64,000 nucleotides of DNA from Arcobacteraceae bacterium (GTDB lineage Bacteria; Campylobacterota; Campylobacteria; Campylobacterales; Arcobacteraceae). Each line of letters opens with the position of its first letter. Positions within the stretch are counted from its first letter, which is position 1. Shown here piece after piece: positions 52,275 to 61,183 of the stretch. Made by a program: the position numbers and the translations under genes. A model generated the notes under the pieces. It was given only the letters and a program-made list of their open reading frames with translations. It searched no databases and was not told the origin of the DNA. The stretch is from assembly GCA_965224485.1 (NCBI GenBank), contig CBDCZH010000016.1:32001-96000 (forward strand), given 5' to 3'.

Positions 52275-52308
52275 GTAATCTATTTTCATATATATGAGAA
52301 TAGATTAC
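52275..52308 (+). terminator. hairpin after mnmG
   Basis: GTAATCTATTTTCATA / TATGAGAATAGATTAC inverted repeat with one G-U pair. Confidence 0.7.
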
Positions 52309-52424
52309 ATAAACAAAGGTTTACTACTTTTAACAAAATGAATCATCTCTTAAAAGTACTATATTATATAATTTGAGATATACTTTTAGAACTAAGTAAG
52401 AAATGAGTAAAATCAATTAAACAT

Positions 52425-53894
52425 ATGAATAATATAAGCAAACAGAATACAAATCAAAAAATAAATACATTAACACCCCATCAAAATAAGATTTTTACTT
52501 CTGCTATATCTTTAATAGAATCAAGAGTAACAAGTATCTTAAAAACTGACGATATTCAAGATTATATGCTCAGTCTCACTGGAGCAGCAGGAACTGGAAA
52601 AACATATTTAACGTCACAAATAGCACAATACTTAAGAGATAAAAGAGATGGTGATTTTAGCTTTATTATAACAGCACCAACACATAAAGCCGTTTCTGTA
52701 ATAGCACAAATGTTAAGAAAAAATAAAATACAGGCATCTTGCAAAACAATTCATTCTTTTTTAGGTATTAAACCATTTAGAGATTTTGATAAAGGAATTG
52801 AAACTTTTAAAGTTGATAAAACAAAAAAAACTTATGACACGGCATCAATACTAATAGTAGATGAAAGTTCTATGATTGGTTCAGAACTATTTGAATATAT
52901 TAAAGAAGCAATAGAAGAAGAGAGAGTAAAATTTGTATTTTTTATAGGTGATCCTTATCAATTATTACCTGTAAATAATAGTGAAAATGAAATATATACC
53001 TTAAAAAATCAATTAAAACTAGAAGAAGTAGTAAGGCAAGCAAAAGATTCTTATATAATAAAAATAGCTTCAAAACTAAGAGAGCGCATAGCTAATAAAG
53101 ATTATATTCCACTTAGTGAATTTTTTAGCGAAAATTATCATGAAGATTTACAATTTTTTAATAATCATAAAGATTTTATAGAAAACTTTCATAAAAATGA
53201 AGAATGGTTTAGGGAAGATAAGATAATTGCAACATATAAAAACAAAGATGTTGATTCCTTTAATAAATTAATACGCTCAAAATTTTGGGAACAAAAAGAG
53301 GTACTTAGTCCTCCTAGTTTTTTAGCAGGAGATACACTTAGATTTAAAGAAGCTTATGGCATAAATAATATATCTTTGTATCATAATGGTCAAATAGTAG
53401 AACTGCAAAGTGCTATTTTAAAGTATCACGAAAGTTTAGAAATACAGTATTGGGAATGTAGAGAACTAGGTACTTTTGAACAACAAGTTTTTAGAGTACT
53501 AGAACCTAGCAGCGTTAAAGTTTTTAATGATAAATTAAAACATATAGTTACTTTAGCAAAAAGATCAAAACATCCAAAAAGAAAAGAGTTATGGGAAACA
53601 TATTATTCGGTTAGAGATATGTTTGCAGATGTACAATACGTTCATTCCTCAACAATTCATAAACTACAAGGAAGTACTCACCATACTGCATATATAGATC
53701 TTTTTTCTTTATCTAATAATGTATATATGAGTGATGAAGAAAAATATAGATTAACATATGTTGCAATTACGAGAGCAAGTAAAGATATAAAGATATTTAT
53801 GCCTAGTTTTTCAATATCTCATAAAAAAGTACTCGTAAATGTTATAGATGAATTTAATATTATTGATAATATGTTAAAAAATTTAAAAATTTAA
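52425..53894 (+). CDS. superfamily 1B (RecD/Dda/Pif1-like) DNA helicase
   Basis: GAAGTGKT, TAPTHKAV, TIHSFLG, VDESSM, GDPYQLLPV, EVVRQ, TIHKLQGST, YVAITRA. Confidence 0.9.
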   Translation: MNNISKQNTNQKINTLTPHQNKIFTSAISLIESRVTSILKTDDIQDYMLSLTGAAGTGKTYLTSQIAQYLRDKRDGDFSFIITAPTHKAVSVIAQMLRKNKIQASCKTIHSFLGIKPFRDFDKGIETFKVDKTKKTYDTASILIVDESSMIGSELFEYIKEAIEEERVKFVFFIGDPYQLLPVNNSENEIYTLKNQLKLEEVVRQAKDSYIIKIASKLRERIANKDYIPLSEFFSENYHEDLQFFNNHKDFIENFHKNEEWFREDKIIATYKNKDVDSFNKLIRSKFWEQKEVLSPPSFLAGDTLRFKEAYGINNISLYHNGQIVELQSAILKYHESLEIQYWECRELGTFEQQVFRVLEPSSVKVFNDKLKHIVTLAKRSKHPKRKELWETYYSVRDMFADVQYVHSSTIHKLQGSTHHTAYIDLFSLSNNVYMSDEEKYRLTYVAITRASKDIKIFMPSFSISHKKVLVNVIDEFNIIDNMLKNLKI

Positions 53895-54148
53895 ATCAAA
53901 TGTATTTAAAGATTTCTTTCTTCATTTTATTATTAATATTTTATAGGTATTGTCTATTTTCAACTAGAATAAAGAAAATAATAATAAATAATTATTCTCT
54001 TAAGAATAAGCATATAATTATAGTATAAAGAATTTAAGAACTTATTTTTTCTAGTATTATAAGCTAAACTTATAATTTACTTATGTAAAACATAAGTATT
54101 GTTTATATATAATTCCAGTAAATTATATACTTTTTAGAAGGAAATCCT

Positions 54149-55537
54149 TTGAATACAGAAAAACCGAAAAGTTTAATCAAAAAAACATCTTTTAGAATAA
54201 AAAGATATTATGCTTATGCACTAGTTAGTATTTTTTCATTAGTAGTACCTTTTATTACTATAAATGGAAATCACATATTTTTATTATCATTTGATAAAAA
54301 ACAATTACATTTAATGGGTGTTGCATTTGATATGCAAGAATTATATATTTTACCATTTTTATTAATGCTACTTTTTTTAGGTATTTTTGCAGCTACTGCA
54401 ATTGGTGGAAGAGCTTGGTGTGGATGGGCCTGTCCTCAGACAATTTTTAGAGTAATATATAGAGATTTAATAGAATCAACACTCTTAAAATTAAGACGAA
54501 TTAAAAATAAACAAAAAGAACCAGATTTAACTAAGGCACAAAATGCTTCTAAAAAACTTTTAGGGATTATTTTATGGTCTGTTTTAGCTTTAATTGCTGC
54601 TTCTGATTTTGTATGGTATTTTGTACCTCCTGAAGATTTTTTTGAGTATTTAAAAAATCCTCTTGAGCATAGTTTATTATTTGGAATAGTTTTAGGAACA
54701 GCTGCTTTTATTATTTATGATGTAGTAAAACTAAAAGAAGATTTTTGTATTTATGTCTGTCCTTATTCAAGAGTTCAATCTGTTTTATATGATGAGAATA
54801 CATTACAAGCTATTTATTCTACTAACAGAGGTGGAGAAATCTATAATCAAGATAAAGATAAAATCATATTTAAAGCAAAAGATTTTGTAGAAGAAAAAAG
54901 TGAATGTACAACCTGTGAAGCCTGTGTTACAGTTTGCCCTACTCATATTGATATAAGAAAAGGCTCACAATTGGAGTGCATAAACTGTCTTGAGTGTGTT
55001 GATGCCTGTACAACAGTTATGGGAAAACTTGGAAAACCTTCTTTAGTTCAATGGACAAGTACAAATGAGATAAAAAATAGTATTACTACAAAGTTTTTTA
55101 GAAAAACAACTATTATGTATGGAGTTGTTTTACTTATTATTATTTCACTTATGTTTGTAATGGGTGGGAAGAAGGAGTATATGCTATTAAATATTAATAA
55201 AACTACTCAATTATATAAAATAAAAGAAAATAATCTTGTAACAAATAACTTCTTACTTCTTTTCCAAAATACTGATTCTGTAAAACATAAATATAATTTA
55301 GAGATTATGGATAATAAAGATATATATATTAAGCGTTTTAGACCTTTTAACCTAAGTCCTAGAAAACTTACGAGAAAAGTTCTTGTTTTAGCAACAAGTA
55401 AAAGATTAGTTAATGATAATACAAAAGATACTCCAATAACTGTAACAATTAAAGCATATGCAATAGATGATCCTGAACGAATAATTGTTTTTAGAAAAGC
55501 AGTATTTATTTATCCAAGAGCTGATAAACTACAATAA
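54149..55537 (+). CDS. ccoG: cytochrome c oxidase accessory protein CcoG (FixG)
   Basis: GRAWCGWACPQT, CIYVCPY, CTTCEACVTVCP, CINCLECVDAC. Confidence 0.95.
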   Translation: MNTEKPKSLIKKTSFRIKRYYAYALVSIFSLVVPFITINGNHIFLLSFDKKQLHLMGVAFDMQELYILPFLLMLLFLGIFAATAIGGRAWCGWACPQTIFRVIYRDLIESTLLKLRRIKNKQKEPDLTKAQNASKKLLGIILWSVLALIAASDFVWYFVPPEDFFEYLKNPLEHSLLFGIVLGTAAFIIYDVVKLKEDFCIYVCPYSRVQSVLYDENTLQAIYSTNRGGEIYNQDKDKIIFKAKDFVEEKSECTTCEACVTVCPTHIDIRKGSQLECINCLECVDACTTVMGKLGKPSLVQWTSTNEIKNSITTKFFRKTTIMYGVVLLIIISLMFVMGGKKEYMLLNINKTTQLYKIKENNLVTNNFLLLFQNTDSVKHKYNLEIMDNKDIYIKRFRPFNLSPRKLTRKVLVLATSKRLVNDNTKDTPITVTIKAYAIDDPERIIVFRKAVFIYPRADKLQ

Positions 55538-55546
55538 TTTTCTTTG

Positions 55547-55581
55547 AAAATATCTTGAGAATAGTTTTCTCAAGATATTTT
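55547..55581 (+). terminator. intrinsic terminator after ccoG
   Basis: Perfect 15-bp inverted repeat AAAATATCTTGAGAA / TTCTCAAGATATTTT. Confidence 0.8.
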
Positions 55582-55615
55582 ACAATCTTTTTTTAACCCT
55601 CTCTTAACCTTTCCT

Positions 55616-55625
55616 TGGCTATAAT
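55616..55625 (+). promoter_or_regulatory. probable sigma70 -10 element for pyrG
   Basis: tggcTATAAT 40 nt upstream of the ATG; GAGG RBS. Confidence 0.55.
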
Positions 55626-55665
55626 CGCGCTTAAATAACAAGATAATATAACGAGGTATTAGTAA

Positions 55666-57282
55666 ATGACAAAATTTATTTTTGTAACGGGTGGAGTTTT
55701 AAGTTCACTAGGAAAAGGTATTACATCAGCATCTATTGCTACAATTTTAAAACAATCAGGGTTTAATGTTTCAATGTTAAAAATTGACCCTTATTTAAAT
55801 GTTGATCCAGGAACTATGAGTCCTTTAGAGCATGGAGAAGTATTTGTAACAGCAGATGGTGCTGAAACAGATTTAGATGTAGGACATTATGAAAGATTTA
55901 TTGATACCACTTTAGGCGCAAAAAACAACTTTACTACTGGTCAAGTTTATCAAAGCGTTTTAAAAAGAGAGAGAGAAGGTGGCTATTTAGGTAAAACTAT
56001 TCAAGTAGTTCCTCATATCGTTGATGAAATTAAAACAAGAATTTTCGCAGCTGCTGATGATCATGATTTTTTACTTGTTGAATTAGGTGGTACTGTTGGT
56101 GATATTGAAGGTTTACCTTTTATGGAAGCAATTAGAGAAATAAGACATGAATTAGATAATGATAGAACCATGAATATTCATGTAACTTTAATACCATATA
56201 TAAGAGCAGCAGGTGAGCTTAAAACAAAACCAACACAACATGGTGTTCAAGAATTAAGAAGAATTGGTATTACCCCTCATATGTTAGTTTGTAGAACAGA
56301 GCAGACTTTACCAAAAGATTTAAAGAAAAAACTAGCTATGTCATGTGATGTTGCTAATAATGCAATTATAGAAGCAAGTGATGCGCCTTCAATTTATCAA
56401 GTTCCTTTAAACTTTATAAAAGAAGGAATTTTAGCTCCTTTATCAGATCATTTTAATGTTAAAATTAAACCAGATATGGAAAAATGGGAAACTTTAGTTA
56501 AGCAAATTCTACTTCCAAAAGATGAAATCACTATTGCTTTTGTAGGTAAATACTTAGAGCTAAAAGAATCTTATAAATCTTTAACAGAAGCCTTGATTCA
56601 TGCAGGAGCTCATGTAAATACTAAGGTTAATATTAACTGGTGTGATTCTGAGCGCATTGAAGATGTTGGAGCTTATGAAATTATTGGAAACTCAGATGCT
56701 GTTTTAGTTGCAGGTGGGTTTGGACAAAGAGGCGTTGAAGGTAAACTTAAAGCTATTGAATATGCAAGAGAAAACGAGATTACTTATTTAGGAATTTGTT
56801 TAGGTATGCAATTAGCTGTTATTGAGTATGCTAAAAATGTTTTAGGTTTAGAAGATGCTAACTCTATTGAGTTTGATAAAGAAACAAAAGATCCATTAAT
56901 TTATTTAATTGATGAATTCATTGACCAAAGTGGAAATACACAATTAAGAACACATGAGTCACCAATGGGTGGAACTATGCGTTTAGGTGAGTATCCATTT
57001 AACCCTAAAGAGGGAACTAAGATAAAAGAAGCTTATGGAAACAATGAAACATATTTTGAAAGACATAGACATAGATATGAAGTAAATCCTCACTACAAAA
57101 CAGAACTAGAAAAAGCAGGAATGATTATTTCAGGAGATTCTGATGGATTAATTGAAACAATTGAAATAAAAGATCATCCTTGGTTTGTAGGTGTTCAATT
57201 TCATCCAGAATTTACATCTCATTTAGAAACGCCAAATCCAATTATTTTAAACTTTGTAAAAGAAGCTTTAAAAAGAAAATAA
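55666..57282 (+). CDS. pyrG: CTP synthase
   Basis: TGGVLSSLGKG, KIDPYLNVDPGTM, GICLGMQ, ERHRHRYE, QFHPE. Confidence 0.99.
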   Translation: MTKFIFVTGGVLSSLGKGITSASIATILKQSGFNVSMLKIDPYLNVDPGTMSPLEHGEVFVTADGAETDLDVGHYERFIDTTLGAKNNFTTGQVYQSVLKREREGGYLGKTIQVVPHIVDEIKTRIFAAADDHDFLLVELGGTVGDIEGLPFMEAIREIRHELDNDRTMNIHVTLIPYIRAAGELKTKPTQHGVQELRRIGITPHMLVCRTEQTLPKDLKKKLAMSCDVANNAIIEASDAPSIYQVPLNFIKEGILAPLSDHFNVKIKPDMEKWETLVKQILLPKDEITIAFVGKYLELKESYKSLTEALIHAGAHVNTKVNINWCDSERIEDVGAYEIIGNSDAVLVAGGFGQRGVEGKLKAIEYARENEITYLGICLGMQLAVIEYAKNVLGLEDANSIEFDKETKDPLIYLIDEFIDQSGNTQLRTHESPMGGTMRLGEYPFNPKEGTKIKEAYGNNETYFERHRHRYEVNPHYKTELEKAGMIISGDSDGLIETIEIKDHPWFVGVQFHPEFTSHLETPNPIILNFVKEALKRK

Positions 57283-58847
57283 TGCAAAAAGTTAATAAAA
57301 AAGAACTTTTTGATATCTTAAGCGCAAGACATGAAAATAATGAATTTTCTCGTCTTGCCGATATTCCTAATCCAAATACTTTTAAAGATATTACTAAAGC
57401 TACACAAAGAGTAAAACAAGCAATTTTAAATAATGAAACAATTACAATAGTTGGTGATTATGATGTTGATGGAGTTGTTTCAACAACAATTATGCTTGAT
57501 TTTTTTAGTAAGATTTCATATAAAGTTAATCATATAATTCCTAATAGATTTACTCATGGTTATGGATTATCTCCTAAAATAGTAGAGCTTATTCATTCAG
57601 GTCTTGTAATAACCGTTGATAATGGTATATCAGCAGTACAAGCAACAAAACTTTTAAATGATAAGAATATTGATGTTATTATTACAGACCATCATACAGT
57701 TGGCGAGAATATCCCTGAAGCCTATGCTATTATAAATCCAAAACAAAAAGATTGTCCTTTTATTTTTAAAGAAATTTGTGGAGCACAAGTTGCTTGGTAT
57801 TTTTGTGCAAGTATAAAAAAAGCCTTAGCTAAAAATGTAAATATGGGTGATTTTTTAGACCTCTTATGCATAGCTATAATTGCTGATATTATGCCAATGA
57901 CAAGTTTAAACTATACTATGGTTAAGATCGGTTTACAAAAAATAAAAAGCTCTAAAAGACCTGCTTTAATTGAGTTACAAAATATAATGAGAAAAGAAGT
58001 ATTTGTTTCTGATGATATAGGTTTTTTTATTGCTCCTAAGATTAATAGTGCAGGAAGAATGGAAGATGCTTCTTTAGCAGTAGATTTTTTACTAGCAAAA
58101 AATTCTTATGAGGCACAAAATGCCTTAGAAGTTTTAGAAGAGTTAAACAACTTAAGAAAAACTATTCAAGAAGAAATTACAAATAAAGCGAAACTAGAAA
58201 CAAGAAATGAGGATAAAGCCTCAATAGTTTGGGGTGAAGATTGGCATGAGGGTGTTATAGGTATTGTAGCTTCCAAACTAGCTCATCTTTATAAAAGACC
58301 AGCTTTTGTTTTTTCCATTACAAATGGAATAGCAAAAGGAAGTGCAAGAGCAAATGCAAGTATTAATCTTCATGCAATTATATCTCAAGCAAAAGATTTA
58401 CTCTTAGGTTTTGGAGGGCATAAAAATGCAGCTGGATTGTCTTTAAAAGAAGAGAACCTACCTGCTTTTAAAGAACTTATAAATAAAGCATTAGATGATG
58501 ATTCTTATACCTTACATATAGAACCTATAACCCTAGGTGAGTTAGATGTAGCTTGTGTTGATGTTGAGTTTTTAGATTTAATAGAAAAGTTTGAACCTTA
58601 TGGGTCCCAAAATCCAAAACCAATTTTTAAAATATCAAATGCAAAACTTTTACGCTGTGAACTTTTTGGAAGAGATAAAAACCATTTAAAACTTATATTA
58701 AACTATGAGGGAATTGTTTTTGAAGCCTTAAAATTTTACTGCGAAGACATGTATAATGAAGATAAAATATCTTTAATACTTAGTGTTAGTAAAAATATTT
58801 TTAGAGGAGAGACTAAAGCGCAGTTCTTAGTGCAAGATATTTTATAG
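57282..58847 (+). CDS. recJ: single-stranded-DNA-specific exonuclease RecJ
   Basis: GDYDVDG, TVDNG, TDHH, GSAR, GGHKNAAG; ATG at 57282 in a TAATG overlap with the pyrG stop. Confidence 0.94.
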   Translation: MQKVNKKELFDILSARHENNEFSRLADIPNPNTFKDITKATQRVKQAILNNETITIVGDYDVDGVVSTTIMLDFFSKISYKVNHIIPNRFTHGYGLSPKIVELIHSGLVITVDNGISAVQATKLLNDKNIDVIITDHHTVGENIPEAYAIINPKQKDCPFIFKEICGAQVAWYFCASIKKALAKNVNMGDFLDLLCIAIIADIMPMTSLNYTMVKIGLQKIKSSKRPALIELQNIMRKEVFVSDDIGFFIAPKINSAGRMEDASLAVDFLLAKNSYEAQNALEVLEELNNLRKTIQEEITNKAKLETRNEDKASIVWGEDWHEGVIGIVASKLAHLYKRPAFVFSITNGIAKGSARANASINLHAIISQAKDLLLGFGGHKNAAGLSLKEENLPAFKELINKALDDDSYTLHIEPITLGELDVACVDVEFLDLIEKFEPYGSQNPKPIFKISNAKLLRCELFGRDKNHLKLILNYEGIVFEALKFYCEDMYNEDKISLILSVSKNIFRGETKAQFLVQDIL

Positions 58848-58859
58848 TTTTAAAATATC

Positions 58860-59429
58860 TTATAAAACTAAGGGCGCGAATATTTGTCTTCTTCTTTTAT
58901 CTGTACGTTCTAAGTCCCAAATCTCTTTATTTATTATCATAGTATCATTTGATGAACTTAAAATATGCCCTGTTCTTATATCTATTAGTTTTATAAATAC
59001 AATTAGTCTTTTAGTTGTAACAGTATATGTTCCAACAAGAGCATAAAGTGCCTCACCAATTTCTGTATTAATTCTTTTTTGATCTCTTGTCAAAAGATTA
59101 AAACCATGTTTACCAATAGTAAACTGCTTTCCTAATTCAACTTCTCTTATAATTATATCTTTTGAAGATAGAGCATCTTTAAGTGTTTCTGATAATAAAA
59201 AACCTAGTTTTGAATGATTTTGCAAGTTATCTAAATTAACAAAATCAGATACTAAAACAACATCATCAATAGCTATATTTTTTTTAAGTTTAGAAGAAGA
59301 CTTATCAACCATATTATAAACTAATTGTTGGAAGTTATTAGAACCATCTATATTCTTATATATACAAGAAGTAAATAAAAACATGAAAACAAAAGGAAGT
59401 AAGATTAATTTAATTTTTTTCATTTTCAT
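58860..59429 (-). CDS. FlgO-family outer-membrane lipoprotein
   Basis: Lipobox FTSC; VLVSDFVNLDNLQNHSKLGFLLSE, LLTRD, LVGTY. Confidence 0.7.
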   Translation of the reverse strand: MKMKKIKLILLPFVFMFLFTSCIYKNIDGSNNFQQLVYNMVDKSSSKLKKNIAIDDVVLVSDFVNLDNLQNHSKLGFLLSETLKDALSSKDIIIREVELGKQFTIGKHGFNLLTRDQKRINTEIGEALYALVGTYTVTTKRLIVFIKLIDIRTGHILSSSNDTMIINKEIWDLERTDKRRRQIFAPLVL

Positions 59430-59438
59430 GTTTTACTT

Positions 59439-60092
59439 TTATTCTTGAATAATTTTAATTGTTCGAGGAGGTCTACAATCTTTAAAAATAACACAATCAT
59501 TTCTTAATCCATGAGCATAAGTTGCTCTTGCACTTGAAATAATTTGACCAGTTAAGTTATCAATTACTCTTGCATTTAACATTATTTTTCCAAATTGTCT
59601 AGAATAAGTTCCTACAACTACATAAGTATTTGGAATTTGATCTTTTAATTTATCAATATTTCTTGTTATAAAATATTCACCTTGCGCATTTATAGAAACA
59701 GCTACTTGCCCTCTAAATTCAATAACATTAAAACCCTTATTTGATAAATCGTTAATTAAACTTTCACTAACAATTCGACCAAACTCAGTAGTTTTCTTCA
59801 AGTTATCAAGTCTTACAAAAGAAGTAATTAGAACTGCTCTATTCGATTTGATTTTTTGATTTTGCATCATTTGAGTAGATAAAGAAGTAATAGTATTCTC
59901 TAGAGTCATTTGATTAACAACATGGCTAGAGTTATCAACTGCAATTCGTAAGTGTTCTTTTGTTGTTTGAACTTTAGTGTCTTCTTGTAAAGTACTACTG
60001 TTTTTCCCACTAGGTGCGTTATTAGCAAGTAAAGTACTTGTAAGAAGTAAAGTACTTAAAGCTACTAACGGATATCTTAATAATTTAAACAT
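59439..60092 (-). CDS. FlgO-family exported protein
   Basis: Signal peptide; VLITSFVRLDNLKKTTEFGRIVSE, GEYFITR, VVGTYS, NARVID. Confidence 0.72.
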   Translation of the reverse strand: MFKLLRYPLVALSTLLLTSTLLANNAPSGKNSSTLQEDTKVQTTKEHLRIAVDNSSHVVNQMTLENTITSLSTQMMQNQKIKSNRAVLITSFVRLDNLKKTTEFGRIVSESLINDLSNKGFNVIEFRGQVAVSINAQGEYFITRNIDKLKDQIPNTYVVVGTYSRQFGKIMLNARVIDNLTGQIISSARATYAHGLRNDCVIFKDCRPPRTIKIIQE

Positions 60093-60327
60093 TAAATTTC
60101 CCCTTTATCATTTGTTATATGATTTTATTTAAATGTAACTTATAAAGCCTTGAAGAAGGACTTTATTATCCTATTTATGGTCTTTGATAGAAGAAAATAA
60201 TTAATATTATTTACTATTTAAACTAAGATAAAGAAAGGGATACTATAAATTTTATATATGGAATATTTCAATAAGTTATAAAATGTCATAATATCTAGAC
60301 ATTAAAATAAAAAAGAGTACATAAAAA

Positions 60328-61095
60328 ATGAAAATAGCATTAGTTTTAAGTGGAGGAGGAGCAAAAGGAGCTTTTCATCTAGGTATTTTAACTTTTTTAG
60401 AAGAACAAAAAATAGAAATTTCTGCTTATAGTGCTACTTCTATTGGCAGTATCATAGCTTGCTCTCACGCAAGTGAAGTTCCAGCTAGAGAACAGCTAAA
60501 GATATTTAAATCAGCTGAACTTAAAAGTATTATAAAATTTAATTATTTTAAAAAAGGTTTGTTAAGAATCAATCATGAAAGTAAAATTATAAAAGAACTT
60601 TTACCTCTTGAAAACTTAGAAGATTTAAAAAAAGAAGTTTATATAAATGCTTATGATTTAAAGCAAAAAAAATTACACTATTTCAATAAAGGAAATATTA
60701 TCTCTTTATGTCTTGCTTCTTCTGCTTTGATTCCTATGTTTAGACCAATTAGTTACAAAAACATGTCCTTAATAGATGGAGGATTATTTGATAATATTCC
60801 TATTAAACCTTTATTAAACAAAGACTATAAGATACTATCTTTAGACGTAATGCCAAGAACAAAAAGTTTAAATAAAACAAGTTTAAATCCTATTAAATTT
60901 ATCAAAAAAAAGATTTTTAGAGATTTACATAAAAATATAAATTTTTCAATTAAACATAGTGATTATTATCTCACATCTTTAGCTCTAAGAGAATTTAAAC
61001 TATTAAGTTTAAAAGATTTAGATGCTTGTTATAAAATTGGATATAAAGAAGCACAAATTCAATTAAAAGATTTTTTAAAAAACTACAATAATTAA
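60328..61095 (+). CDS. patatin-like phospholipase
   Basis: LSGGGAKG, ATSIG nucleophile elbow, ASSALIP, DGG. Confidence 0.9.
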   Translation: MKIALVLSGGGAKGAFHLGILTFLEEQKIEISAYSATSIGSIIACSHASEVPAREQLKIFKSAELKSIIKFNYFKKGLLRINHESKIIKELLPLENLEDLKKEVYINAYDLKQKKLHYFNKGNIISLCLASSALIPMFRPISYKNMSLIDGGLFDNIPIKPLLNKDYKILSLDVMPRTKSLNKTSLNPIKFIKKKIFRDLHKNINFSIKHSDYYLTSLALREFKLLSLKDLDACYKIGYKEAQIQLKDFLKNYNN

Positions 61096-61140
61096 TTATA
61101 AATCTTCTTTAAAATATAAATTTTCTTTTAAAGACCCATT

Positions 61141-61149
61141 TGTTATAAT
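61141..61149 (+). promoter_or_regulatory. extended -10 promoter for dnaE
   Basis: TGtTATAAT about 35 nt upstream of the ATG. Confidence 0.6.
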
Positions 61150-61183
61150 CGCATATATTAAGAATAAAAATGAAAAGAAGATA

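Noticed and set aside
57180..57281. N-terminal extensions in the ORF track for recJ (also mnmG, nfo, nuoB, nuoG and the NMT1-like gene)
   Set aside because: Downstream starts have an RBS or a stop/start overlap and match family N-termini
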